Source: Limisphaerales bacterium (lineage in GTDB: Bacteria; Verrucomicrobiota; Verrucomicrobiia; Limisphaerales; CAZKNW01). Taken from it: DNA of 64,000 nt. The notes below the pieces were generated by a model. The model made no database searches. It saw only the letters and a program-made list of their open reading frames with translations, and was not told the origin of the DNA. The stretch covers positions 158,016 to 222,015 of the forward strand of contig CBFHTT010000013.1 of assembly GCA_965658675.1 (NCBI GenBank), read 5' to 3'. Each line of letters opens with the position of its first letter. The stretch's first letter is position 1. Positions 27,579 through 38,200 of the stretch are shown here, one piece after another. Made by a program: the position numbers and the translations under genes.

Positions 27579-28295
27579 ATGGCAGTTAGGAACAAGGTTC
27601 AGACAGATAGGGGCTTTCGATTGGTGCAGAATGGAGTCGTGCTGAGCGAAGTCCTTTCTCAACCAGGGGCCACCCATAGTGTCTTTGATGTTCTGGCCAT
27701 AGGAGCGGCCCTGATTTCTGAGGGAGAGCAATGTGGTGTCTTGGGATTTGCTGCAGGGGGGCTTTTGGCGCCTTTGAGGAAATATGGGAGTGAACTCAGT
27801 GTGAATGGTGTAGATCTGGAGGAGGAGGGCTATCGCCAATTTTCTGAGGCATGTGGTTCATGGATGGGGAAGGTTGAGTTTGATCACGGAGATGCGGTTC
27901 AATGGTTGGAGGATTCTGGTTTGGTGTTTGATGTGATCATTGAGGATCTCAGCGCGCCCATGGATGACGATGTTTTTAAGCCAGATATTTCCCTCAAGGT
28001 TCTTCCCGAGTTGATTCGAAGACGTCTGAGCGAGAATCAAGCGGTGGTTGTCAATTTGTTGCGGCACCCAAAGCAGAAGTGGAATGATTTGCTCCGAGCC
28101 GTGGGGCATGAAGGTGAATCTGGCGTGTTGGTGTCTTTCGACGATTACTGGAATAAGATCTTGATGGTCAGCCGATCAATGGGAGGGGCAAGAGCCTTTG
28201 GGAAACAACTCAGAGATGGCCTCAGGCAAATTGATTCGAATTTGGCAGACGGGATTTTCGTGCAAGGATGGCGTTACCCGAGCGAAAACGATTGA
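27579..28295 (+). CDS. Class I SAM-dependent methyltransferase-fold protein (spermidine synthase-like)
   Basis: VLGFAAGG (motif I variant), GVDL, GDAVQWL, FDVIIEDL. Confidence 0.7.
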   Translation: MAVRNKVQTDRGFRLVQNGVVLSEVLSQPGATHSVFDVLAIGAALISEGEQCGVLGFAAGGLLAPLRKYGSELSVNGVDLEEEGYRQFSEACGSWMGKVEFDHGDAVQWLEDSGLVFDVIIEDLSAPMDDDVFKPDISLKVLPELIRRRLSENQAVVVNLLRHPKQKWNDLLRAVGHEGESGVLVSFDDYWNKILMVSRSMGGARAFGKQLRDGLRQIDSNLADGIFVQGWRYPSEND

Positions 28296-28331
28296 AGTTT
28301 GATCGGGCAATCGCGAAGAACAGGTTTTCCC

Positions 28332-29567
28332 ATGTATCTGGAAATGACAAAGCGCCTGATGGCGGAGACGGACAAAAGGCTTCTGGCGAAGTTGGTATGG
28401 AATTTTGCACTCAAGGGAGCCTTGTCTGTCCAACGGTTCAAGACGCGGATCAAGAGGGGGGAGTACTTTCCTCCGTTCTTGTATGTGTCTGTCCTCAATA
28501 GTTGCAACCTGAGGTGCCAAGGCTGTTGGGTTGATGTTGCTGCAAAACAGGAACGTATTCGGCCTGATCGTATGAACAAGATGATCAGGGAGGCTGTGGA
28601 TGCGGGGAATCAGTTCTTTGGCATATTGGGAGGGGAGCCGTTTATGCACCGGGAATTGTTGGATATCCTGGAGGCTCATCCAGATTGCTATTTTCAAGTG
28701 TTTACCAATGGGCAGCTCATCACCGACTCGATTGCCAAACGTCTGAGAAAGATGGGTAATGTGACTCCGCTGATCAGTGTGGAAGGAACAGATATAGTTA
28801 GTGATCAGCGCCGGGGCGGAAAGGATGTCCTCAATAAGACACTCCAAGGCATCGAAAATTGCGTAAACAACAAGCTGCTTACAGGTGTCGCGACTAGTCT
28901 TTGTCGGACGAATTATGAAGATCTCCTCAGGGAGGAGTGGGTGGATCGTCTTATTGAGATGGGTGTCATGTACATGTGGTACCACACCTATCGCCCTGTA
29001 GGTCCTCAACCAAACGAGGCGTTGGCGTTGACCCCGGAGCAACAAAGACAGGTGCGAGAGTTTGTAGTCAATACCAGGGCCACCAAGCCGATTGCAGTGA
29101 TCGATGCCTATTACGACCACAATGGACAGGCTCTTTGCCCTGCTGCAACGGGGATCAGTCACCACATCAGTCCATGGGGAGCGATTGAACCCTGCCCAAT
29201 CATTCAATTTGCAAAGGAGAAGATTGATGACGACCGCGGGTTGAAGAGAGCTTTCTTGGAATCCAAGTATTTGAGTGATTTTCGCGAGATGGTTGGAGAA
29301 ACCACTCGGGGTTGTGTCGTGCTTGAGCGTCCCGACCTGTTAAAGGAAGTGATTGAAACACACAAGGCTGAGGATGGAACGGCCAGAAAAACGGCAATGC
29401 CTGAGCTGGAAGCGATGGAGCCGCGGAGTTCTCAGTTCATGCCTGAAGCGGAGATTGCGGAGAAGAGTCTGCCTTATAAGTTGGCCAAGAAATGGTTCTT
29501 CAACGATTTTGGATCCTATCAAAAGCTGGATGCAGAGCGGGCGAAAGAGACGTCCTTAAAGGGTTGA
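28332..29567 (+). CDS. Radical SAM protein with Twitch/SPASM-like C-terminal domain
   Basis: CNLRCQGC, ILGGEP, FTNG, ISVEG; auxiliary CPAA...HISPWG.IEPCP...GC. Confidence 0.9.
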   Translation: MYLEMTKRLMAETDKRLLAKLVWNFALKGALSVQRFKTRIKRGEYFPPFLYVSVLNSCNLRCQGCWVDVAAKQERIRPDRMNKMIREAVDAGNQFFGILGGEPFMHRELLDILEAHPDCYFQVFTNGQLITDSIAKRLRKMGNVTPLISVEGTDIVSDQRRGGKDVLNKTLQGIENCVNNKLLTGVATSLCRTNYEDLLREEWVDRLIEMGVMYMWYHTYRPVGPQPNEALALTPEQQRQVREFVVNTRATKPIAVIDAYYDHNGQALCPAATGISHHISPWGAIEPCPIIQFAKEKIDDDRGLKRAFLESKYLSDFREMVGETTRGCVVLERPDLLKEVIETHKAEDGTARKTAMPELEAMEPRSSQFMPEAEIAEKSLPYKLAKKWFFNDFGSYQKLDAERAKETSLKG

Positions 29568-29576
29568 GGCGGTTTC

Positions 29577-30539
29577 ATGCTGAAGGCGCTATCAGCTAAG
29601 GAATGGTGCTTGATCTGGAGTGGTGTGGTTGCGGCCATTGCTATTAGAGTTCTTTCCAGACTTGTTCAGGCTGTTCCGATAGGTGGTGCGGAGACTTTTT
29701 CTTTGTTGGCAGTAATTGCGTTTTCACTTTTTCAGTTGAAGAGGGTCGTTGAACGGGGGCGCTCATGGGCGAGGTTCACTAGGGATCTAAAGGAACCTCA
29801 CAATATCACGGTGGTGATTCCTGCCCTTAATGAGGAGGGTCGTATCGAACAAACCGTTGGTGCTTTGGTAGCTAAAAGTGGAATTAAAGAGGTCTTGGTC
29901 GTCGATGGAGGAAGTGTTGACCAGACGGTCACCAAGGCCAAGGGAGCAGGAGCGCGTTTGATTGTTTCGAAAAAAGGGCGAGGGGCACAGATGCGAAAGG
30001 GGGCCGAAGAAGCCGTAGGCGATGTTGTCGTCTTCATGCATGCGGATACGACATTCTTGAAAGGTGGCGCGGACGAGATTCTAGAGATGCTCAAAGATAA
30101 GGCTTTTGTCGGAGGCGCGTGTTGGAAGCGATTCGCTGAGAAACATTGGGCCTTTCTCGGTGGTGAGTATCGTTGTGGGCAGAGAATGCTCTTGAGTGCG
30201 TTTGCGTTTGGGGATCAAACAATTTTTGTAAGAAGGGATGTTTTAGAGCGTGGTGGTGGATTTCCAGATGCTCCTCTCATGGAAGAGTTTGAGCTTTTTA
30301 AACGATTGCGAGCATGTGGAAGAGTAGGGCTTGCTGACGTGGTTGTTGAAACAAGTGCTCGAAAATTTCTCGAATTTGGGATTATTCGCTCATATCTGTT
30401 GATGGGGGGTGTTAGGTGCTTGTATCGGATTGGGACACCTTTGCGGGAACTCGAGTCAATCTATAGGCAGGGCTTTTCTTACTTTCATTCACCGAGGAGG
30501 GCGGTACGGCGATTGCTGGGTCGTCAGAGAAATGAATAA
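29577..30539 (+). CDS. GT2 glycosyltransferase resembling TIGR04283 (rSAM-associated transferase 2), with an N-terminal membrane extension
   Basis: VVIPALNEE, VVDGGS.D.T, GRG.QM..GA, HADT, FGDQ.IFVRR, GGFPD.PLMEE, TSARK. Confidence 0.82.
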   Translation: MLKALSAKEWCLIWSGVVAAIAIRVLSRLVQAVPIGGAETFSLLAVIAFSLFQLKRVVERGRSWARFTRDLKEPHNITVVIPALNEEGRIEQTVGALVAKSGIKEVLVVDGGSVDQTVTKAKGAGARLIVSKKGRGAQMRKGAEEAVGDVVVFMHADTTFLKGGADEILEMLKDKAFVGGACWKRFAEKHWAFLGGEYRCGQRMLLSAFAFGDQTIFVRRDVLERGGGFPDAPLMEEFELFKRLRACGRVGLADVVVETSARKFLEFGIIRSYLLMGGVRCLYRIGTPLRELESIYRQGFSYFHSPRRAVRRLLGRQRNE

Positions 30540-30634
30540 AGAACAAAAACTTCCAATGATCGAAACCTGTTGATTGTCAAAGTCATACATTGTCGCTTGC
30601 ATTTAAAGTTAGGACTGTTTAATCCATCTACGTC

Positions 30635-32371
30635 ATGGAACTGCCATTTCTAAATCGAGGGGCCAAAAAACGAGATCAGATTGTGGCGATTGATCTTGGT
30701 TCGCGAGTCACCAAGGCAGTCTACCTTCAGCGGAGAGGAGACTCATTCGCTTTGTCCAATTTTGTCATGCGGGATGCCCCCGTTTACGACAGGGGGATTT
30801 CAGCCGACAAACTTTCCGAGCACCTAAAGGATGTTCTCAATGACCTCGGAGCCAAGTCTAAACAAGTGACGTTGATTCTGGGACCAGGAGATTCATTGGT
30901 GCGAACAACGGAAATGCCAATGATTCCAACTATTCAGATGATTCAGATGCTGAAGGCCAATTCTAAGAATTACCTACAGCAAGATCTGAAAGATCATCTT
31001 TTTGATTGTCACATTCAGTTGCAGGCCATGGCCGGTGGTGAATCCGAAGAAGAAGGAAAAGGAGGGATGCAGAAATCCAAAGTCGTGGTTGGTGGAGCCA
31101 AACTCGAAATGGTGGACATCCTTCGTGAAGCCGCTCGTTTGGCTGGATTGACAATTGATCAAATCACGACGGGACTGGTCCAGCCTGCTAATGCTTTTGA
31201 GCAGGCAATGCCAGAGGTCTATGAGAAGGAAGTCGTGGCTCTCGTTGATTTTGGATACAAGAACTCCTCTATTTCTATTCTGATGATGGGTGAGCTTTGC
31301 CTAAGTCGCGTTGTTGGCTTTGGAGCGGCGAAGTTGACTACAGGTATCGCCGAGACACTTGGAATCACCAACGCCGAAGCGGAAGGTATCAAAATCGGAA
31401 TGCCTCAAGAAGTGGAATCAACAATCCAACCACTCTTGACACCACTAGGAAGAGAACTGAGAGCTTCGATTGATTTTTTTGAGCATCAACATGACACGAC
31501 CGTGAGTCAGGTGTTTTTCTCAGGTGGCTCAGCCTGTTCCGATTATGTTGTCCAAGCTCTTCAATCCGAATTGATGGTGCCTTGCAAGAGCTGGAATCCT
31601 GCTGACTTTCTAACTTTGGAACTTCCTCCTGAACGAATGGGTACAGTCGAACAGGTCGCACCTCAGTTGACTGTTGCTGTTGGAGCTTCCGCGATGATCA
31701 TTTATAGAATCATGCCGATTCAAATCAATCTATTGGCCGAAGAACATGCGGCCGAAGAATTGCGCCGGAAGGATCCGGTCAAGAAAGCTGGCTTTGCAGC
31801 GGGAGGCGTTGCCGGGGTGTTTGTCATCTGGGCAATCTTGGCAATTGTCCGTGTCATGTCTGCGGGCAGTGAGCTGTCAGCGCTAGAAGAGCAGCACGCA
31901 GCTCTCGCTGAACAGGAAACAGCGGTCAATGACAAGATTAAGGAAATCGATACTATTGATTCTAAGATCGGGGCTCTGCAGGATCTTGCCGTAGAAAGAG
32001 TGATTTGGGCAGATGCTTTGGATGCTCTCCAGCATTGTGTCGTAGATGGAATTCACTTCACTCGTATCACAACCAAACAGGAATATGCGCTGAAGGAAGA
32101 AGTCCGGCCACGCAGGGGGGAAGGTAAATACGAGCCCGCCGAGGCAACCGAGCGCATTATGGTGACAATTTACGCAACTGATACCAATGATTCCTACTCC
32201 AAGTTTATTGAAACTGTTGCCAATCATCCATTTTTTAAAGGAAAGTTGGGTGAAAAAGGCACGGTCAAGTTGTTGGAGCGAACGGCGCCTCAATCCAACA
32301 TTGAGAATCCTGATGTGATGTTCCGCAATATCGTCATTCGTTGCGTGTTCCCTGACACAGTTCGAAAATAA
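30635..32371 (+). CDS. pilM: PilM (actin-like) domain fused in frame to a PilN domain
   Basis: AIDLGS...KAV, ALVDFG, R....G...LT, ELRASIDFF, FSGG, LTVAVGA, then MPIQINLL + TM + coiled coil + WADAL ferredoxin-like PilN core. No stop codon between the two parts. Confidence 0.85.
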   Translation: MELPFLNRGAKKRDQIVAIDLGSRVTKAVYLQRRGDSFALSNFVMRDAPVYDRGISADKLSEHLKDVLNDLGAKSKQVTLILGPGDSLVRTTEMPMIPTIQMIQMLKANSKNYLQQDLKDHLFDCHIQLQAMAGGESEEEGKGGMQKSKVVVGGAKLEMVDILREAARLAGLTIDQITTGLVQPANAFEQAMPEVYEKEVVALVDFGYKNSSISILMMGELCLSRVVGFGAAKLTTGIAETLGITNAEAEGIKIGMPQEVESTIQPLLTPLGRELRASIDFFEHQHDTTVSQVFFSGGSACSDYVVQALQSELMVPCKSWNPADFLTLELPPERMGTVEQVAPQLTVAVGASAMIIYRIMPIQINLLAEEHAAEELRRKDPVKKAGFAAGGVAGVFVIWAILAIVRVMSAGSELSALEEQHAALAEQETAVNDKIKEIDTIDSKIGALQDLAVERVIWADALDALQHCVVDGIHFTRITTKQEYALKEEVRPRRGEGKYEPAEATERIMVTIYATDTNDSYSKFIETVANHPFFKGKLGEKGTVKLLERTAPQSNIENPDVMFRNIVIRCVFPDTVRK

Positions 32372-32378
32372 GCGATCC

Positions 32379-32969
32379 ATGAACAAGCTCTCAAAAGAAA
32401 AACAGCAGCAACTCATTGCCATTGGCATGGGAGTGGTGATGACGATCGGCGTGTTGTGGATGTTGGTGATCGGACCCAATGGAAAAAAACTGACCGACCG
32501 CACGACGCAGATTGCTACAAAATCTGAAGAACTGGCAAAAGCCCAGGATTTGGTCCAAAACGAATCCAAGACGGATGAAAAGCTCGATGAAAAGAAGGCG
32601 GAACTAGGAATCCTTGAAGCGACGATGGCCGATGGAGATCTCTATTTTTGGATGAATGAGCGTCTAGAAAGCTTTCAACGGAAATATGGGTTTGAAGTTG
32701 AGATCCCTAACGTTGAGCGTGAGCAAAAAATCGATGTCGGAGTGTTTCCTGATTTTGCATATGGTGGGGTTAAATACACAGTAAGTGGATCTGCCTTCTA
32801 CCACGAACTGGGTAAATTTTTTGCTTCTTTTGAGAATGAGAACCCCTATATCAGGTTGCAGAACTTGGATATCAAACCAATGGATTCCCTCGAAGGTGAT
32901 ACAGGGGATAAGCTTTCTTTTAGAATGGAAATTGTTGCACTCAGAAAACCGCAAGGAGACAGCGAATGA
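32379..32969 (+). CDS. pilO: PilO/GspM-like inner membrane alignment protein
   Basis: LSKEKQ + TM + coiled coil; YHELGKFFASFEN..PYIRLQNLDI. Confidence 0.8.
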   Translation: MNKLSKEKQQQLIAIGMGVVMTIGVLWMLVIGPNGKKLTDRTTQIATKSEELAKAQDLVQNESKTDEKLDEKKAELGILEATMADGDLYFWMNERLESFQRKYGFEVEIPNVEREQKIDVGVFPDFAYGGVKYTVSGSAFYHELGKFFASFENENPYIRLQNLDIKPMDSLEGDTGDKLSFRMEIVALRKPQGDSE

Positions 32970-33526
32970 AAGCAAAACTAAGAAGAGGCACCGATAAGTT
33001 ACTGCTTTCTGTAGCAGTCGCTGCGTTTACAGTTTCAACGCTGTCCCTAAAATCTGCTGAGGTTACCCCTGAGGAGACGGAAAAAGCAGAGGATGAGAGC
33101 GAAGAAGTCGTCATTCCTACGGCAATTTTCGTAGACGATTACAAGAATAAGGGCCTAGACCCTTTCTTCCCTAATTCAGATCGACGTTTACCTGAGCCGC
33201 CGAAGCCTGTGGTGAAGGAGGTGAAGGCTGAGGAGATGAAGAAAGAAGAAGAACCTCCACCTCCGCCACCTCCGACCGATCCCTATGATGATTTGGTGCT
33301 CAAAGGTGTTCTTGGTGGTCGTCGGCCAATTGCCACGGTCAGTACAACTGTAAAGAATTATCAAGTGGAGCCGGGTGAACAAAGAATCGTAAAGGTTCCT
33401 GATCACATCAATGGCGGAGTCAAGCAAGTGATGATGAAGGTCACCAAGATTGATGCAGATTCAGTCATGGTTATCATTGGCGATACAAGTGAACCGCGAA
33501 GCCTAAAAATGCCCGCTAAGAAATAA
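32966..33526 (+). CDS. PilP/GspC-HR-like periplasmic protein without lipobox
   Basis: DPFFP motif, poly-Pro linker, LVLKGVLG...IATV and V.KID.DSV; lies between pilO and the secretin; ATGA overlap with pilO. Confidence 0.7.
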   Translation: MKAKLRRGTDKLLLSVAVAAFTVSTLSLKSAEVTPEETEKAEDESEEVVIPTAIFVDDYKNKGLDPFFPNSDRRLPEPPKPVVKEVKAEEMKKEEEPPPPPPPTDPYDDLVLKGVLGGRRPIATVSTTVKNYQVEPGEQRIVKVPDHINGGVKQVMMKVTKIDADSVMVIIGDTSEPRSLKMPAKK

Positions 33527-33561
33527 GAATTTTCCGTCTTTATCCTGATACTACCAATTTC

Positions 33562-35211
33562 ATGAAAGCTAAGTCCCTAGTCTTCCTCGCTTTAACTCTG
33601 TGCCTCACTTTTGGTTTGTGGGCGCAGGACAATGCCGCTCAGAGTGATGTGGTCACCGAAGCATCTGCAGATGCTGGCACTGAGTCTGCACAATCCCCTG
33701 ACGGTGATTCATCTGATGAGATAATTCCCAGTATTATTTTCGATGAAACACCAATCACCGACGTAATCACAACATTGGCGCGCCAAGCTGAGATTAACTT
33801 TGTTTTTGCGCCTGAGGTGACTGCACCGCAGGTTGGACCAGACGGAACCGAACTTCCTCCTACACTAGTTACCTTCCGATTCGAAAACGTGACTGCTGAA
33901 AATGCACTTACCGCCGTTTTGGAGAACCATAACTTGGAGTTGATCCCAAATACCAAGACTGGAATCGCAAGGATCGTGGTTAAAGATCCAAATAGGTTGG
34001 AGCCCCTGATAACCAAGATTCTTCAATTGGAACATGCCAGCCCTACCAACGTGGTTCAAGCTATTGAGGCTTCAATCTCAGAAAGAGGGAAAGTTGTTCC
34101 TGATTTCAGAACTAGTCAGGTTGTTATCATAGCGACCGAGAAGGAGTTCGAGGGAATTGACAACCTGATTGATAAGCTCGATATCGCGACTCCTCAGGTG
34201 TTGATCGAGGCAAGAATCATGGAGACGTCCATTAATCCTACGTCGATCAAGGGAATTGATTGGAGCGGAACTTTGGCGAATCAGAATTTCTCGTTTGGCA
34301 ATGGCCTCACTACCGGCGCTTCAACTCGGAGTGCTCCGGGAGCCAGTTCAACTACAACTCGTGTGTTGCCAACTGGAACCACGATCACAGAAACGAGTAA
34401 TGCTCCATCAGCAACTACCTCAACATATACCTCCACTTTGGGTAACGCCCAGCTGGCAGGTGTTCAGCCTCTTGGCGTCACGGCAAATATGTTGAGTGGT
34501 TTCAGCCCACAAACTGCATTTCTCAATGCGGATGGTGTTCGAGGAGTGTTGAGTTTTTTGAATACCGATTCCGATACAAAGGTTGTTGCAACTCCAAGAC
34601 AGGTCACTCTGGATAATCACACAGCAACGCTGGCTGTCACCAGAGCGTTCCCGATTTTTCAAATTACTCCCGGTTCTGCTAACTCTCCAGCAGGAGCACA
34701 AGTTACTTACACCAATCTTGGAACCATTCTTGAGGTGACACCTCGAATTTCTGCCAACAGTAATATTCATCTCACAGTTATTCCGGAGGTTTCAAATGTT
34801 GATTCCAAGGATACTCAGGTCATCAACGGTGAAGTCAATGAGGCCAATGTCTATGCCATTCGCCGAATGGAGACGCAGGTGATCATTCCTAATGGGAACA
34901 CTTTGGTAATGGGTGGATTGATGAATGACAATCGGACGACTGCTAATAACAAGGTGCCAGTTCTTGGAGATCTACCGGGATTGGGTCTGCTTTTCCGGAG
35001 GGACACAAAGATGGTTGATAAGATCAACCTCATTATCTTTATCACTCCAACAATCGTAGAAGATTACGATTATCAATACACACCTTCAGATTACCTCAGA
35101 AACTCCTTGGAACCGAGTGGCGCTCCAGTGAATTGGAAAGAGCCAGAGGAGCCTAGTCTTTCACCTTGGGATAGGGGGAAGCCGATGTCTTGGGGACGTT
35201 CTTCGAAATAA
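33562..35211 (+). CDS. pilQ: Outer-membrane secretin (PilQ/GspD family)
   Basis: N0 domain (F.ETPITDVITTLARQAEINF), N3 domain (IDKLDIATPQVLIEARIME), GIDW, ATP..TLDN..A, GTILEVTPRI, TLVMGGL, KVPVLGDLPGLGLLFR, LIIFITPTIV. Symbol assigned from MNOPQ gene order. Confidence 0.92.
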   Translation: MKAKSLVFLALTLCLTFGLWAQDNAAQSDVVTEASADAGTESAQSPDGDSSDEIIPSIIFDETPITDVITTLARQAEINFVFAPEVTAPQVGPDGTELPPTLVTFRFENVTAENALTAVLENHNLELIPNTKTGIARIVVKDPNRLEPLITKILQLEHASPTNVVQAIEASISERGKVVPDFRTSQVVIIATEKEFEGIDNLIDKLDIATPQVLIEARIMETSINPTSIKGIDWSGTLANQNFSFGNGLTTGASTRSAPGASSTTTRVLPTGTTITETSNAPSATTSTYTSTLGNAQLAGVQPLGVTANMLSGFSPQTAFLNADGVRGVLSFLNTDSDTKVVATPRQVTLDNHTATLAVTRAFPIFQITPGSANSPAGAQVTYTNLGTILEVTPRISANSNIHLTVIPEVSNVDSKDTQVINGEVNEANVYAIRRMETQVIIPNGNTLVMGGLMNDNRTTANNKVPVLGDLPGLGLLFRRDTKMVDKINLIIFITPTIVEDYDYQYTPSDYLRNSLEPSGAPVNWKEPEEPSLSPWDRGKPMSWGRSSK

Positions 35212-35263
35212 TTCCTGAATTGGAATTAAACCAGCTCCTCGCAGTTATAGACCTGTAAGAGAA

Positions 35264-38200
35264 ATGCGAACCATGAAAAGATCAACGTCGGTAGGAAGCA
35301 TTGTTAGCTGCTGCGCATTCCTTCTTGGTGCAATAGCAATGTTCCCTGGGAGCGATGCAATTGCTCAAGCGACAGTCGAATCGATTGCTGGTGCACCTTC
35401 AAGTAGTGCGTTTGATTCATTCGACGGGTTTGTCGATGGGCCTTTCGTTGGTGAAATCTCGACAGGTGAGGGAGCCTCGAATGTCCCAGTAGCGCAATTT
35501 AACAACCCCAGTGCTTTGGCTTTGGGGCTAATGGGTGATCGAGTATATGTGGCCGATGCCGGAAACGATGCACTTCGGGTCTTGAATCTTACGGATAGCA
35601 AGACCGAGACCTTGGTGAATCTGGCTGCTGGTTCTGCACCTGTTGATGTCAAGGTCGATGCGGCAGGGGATATATATGTTTTGAATCAAGGATCGGGAAA
35701 GATTTTGAAATTCAACATTCATGGGAACGCGTTGGCAACCATTAACGGAACGGATCTGGTTTCACCCACGGCCTTTGCAATTGATGCCAACAATGATTTC
35801 TATGTCGTTGAGTCTTCGGGAGCACTTAAAAAGGTGACAACCTTGACGGGTGTTGTAACGGTTATTCCTGTGACAGGTGGCGCGCTGGTAACTCCAAGGG
35901 GAATAGTAGTTTTGGATAATGGTGATTTGGCTGTTTCAGATAGTGGAAATCATGTCGTAAGAATAATGACAGTAGCTGGTGCAATTCAGCAAACAATAGG
36001 TTCTGTAGGAACTTCTGGACGAGTTAATGGTGCTGCTACATTCGCGAGGTTTAATAGTCCCGGGAAAATTGCCAAAGCCGGTGCAGATGTTCTCGTGTTG
36101 GCCGACACCCTCAATCATCGAGTGGTTCAGATTGCTGCTGATCGAACTGTGACACTCCTTTACGGTGCTGATCCGGCTCAGTGGCAGGGGTTGCCTTCCA
36201 CTATTCTATATCTTCCTGGCTGGGATGATGGCGAAGGTGACGTTGCTTGGGCTCGCAACCCTGAGGGAATTACTGTGATAGGAAATGGTGATGTTTACAC
36301 TTCAGAGGTGTTCTACCACAACATCCGAAGGGTGGTTGACACAGGTCTGCAGGGCCCGTCAGGAAGCGTCAATTTTGGTAGTAATGGAACCAATGCCGTT
36401 GTCAATCCGCCTTCGGTAACCATGTCTCCTCTATCTGGTTACTTTCCGACAGGAGTTGATGTTGAAGTGGCAAGTGCTTCCACAAATGTCTTCTATACGA
36501 CAGATGGAACAGAGCCCACGACCAACTCAGTTCGTGTACCAATGAGCAATGGTAAGGGAACAATCAGATTCTTTAATTCTTTGGCCGACCTTCGAAATCT
36601 ATCAGTGTCGGCGTTTTTAACGGTCGGTTCGAATACTGTATCCTCTAACATCGTCGGGACTGCGTCACCGTCCAATCAAGTTGGAGTTCCTAGAGATTTT
36701 ATGGCCGGCCCTGGAGCGACCATTGTGTTACCTGTGATTATTAATCTAGTTCCTGGTCAAGAAATTCGATCGATCGGATTTAAACTGGCGGTGAGACCCG
36801 ATCCCGGAAATATGGTACCAACTGCTATCCCTGCAAATGAACTGAAATTCATAGGAACGTCTACGAACGATTTCGTACCATTGGTTGCTCCTTCTACTGA
36901 CGGTGGTGCGGTTACATTCTTTTCGGGGCCAGAATTCTTCAATGCTGCCACGATGGAACGCTCAATCGACTACGCGGCTCTTGGTGTAACAAATTTTGGT
37001 GTATCCGATTTTGCTGCTTTAGCTCTGGCTACGGTAAAAATTCCGAACACAGCTGTTGTTGGTGACGTCTTCCATGTGGAGGTAAAGAACATTTCAGGTA
37101 CTTCTGATGGAGTCCAAAACGATGTCTCCCTGAGCGGTTTGACTGCTAGAACGATTACAATATCGGATAGCTTGACCTATATTGCGGGAAACACCGCTCC
37201 CGGTGTTTGGTATAATGCTGGTGAGTTTGGAGATGCTGGAACTTTTCAATCGCTGAAGATTAGCGATGTGAACAATGCGTTTCTGGCATCGCAGGGAATC
37301 AAAAAGCCATTTGATTTTAGTGATGTCTTTAATGCCATGGACATTGCTCCTAGTGAGGCCGTGGGTGGTACAGCAGACGGTGACGGTACGATCAATATCG
37401 AGGATTGGACGTTGGCATTGAATCGCGTCTTGGGTAACGACACCAATAATTTTGCTCGTAGATGGTCGCTGGGCGGCACACGCGTAAGTCAAGCAACTGC
37501 CTCCAATGGTGACGCAAATTTTGCCCCTAACAGTGTTCCTTTGAACTTGAGCCCAGGGCTTTTGGGAGATGTCTGGACAAAACATGCAAGGCTTTTGGTT
37601 GGGGCAGTGAGCTCTCCGCAGAACGGGGATTGGATTGAAGTTCCGATCACATTGGATGTTTTTGAGGGTATTACCCTCGATGCTATCGCTTTTACCATTG
37701 CGGTTGAAGCCGAGGGTAATGCCCCTGCCCTAAATTTGGTAGACACTGTTTCTTGGGTGCGAAGCCAGAATTCTCCGGTGCTTTATGAGAGAGCAATAGA
37801 ACAAGGTGTTATTCTTGGATGGTATGGTGCTTACAGTGGCACGATAGAGCTTGGTAAACTAAGATTCAGAATTCCATTAGAGGCCGAGCAAGGAGATTGC
37901 TATCGGATAGGATTGCGCCTCCCAGAGATTAGTCCTACAGGAGATCAATTGGGTTTTGTTGAGTCATTTTCTGGTTGTATAAAGGTGAATGAAGAAAACG
38001 AGGAATCTGAATTACGAGTCTCTGACGAATGGTTGGAAACATTCTTGTCTGGATATCCTGATGCCTTGCGTGATCTGACCAAAGATGCAGATGGGGATGG
38101 TCAAACCAATTGGCAGGAGTATCTAGCGGGAACGGATCCCAGTGACGTATTGTCTAATTTGGGGTTCTCGAATTCCAGGCTTAAGGACAGTGAAATCAAG

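Noticed and set aside
28176-29207. 343-aa antisense ORF, and similar long shadow ORFs (19437-20252, 50171-50992, 31883-32569)
   Set aside because: They lie fully opposite well-supported genes and have no recognisable motifs.
30540-30634. Sigma54 promoter for the pilM operon
   Set aside because: No TGGC-N8-TTGC arrangement. TTGCAT...TTTAAT is at best a poorly spaced sigma70 site.
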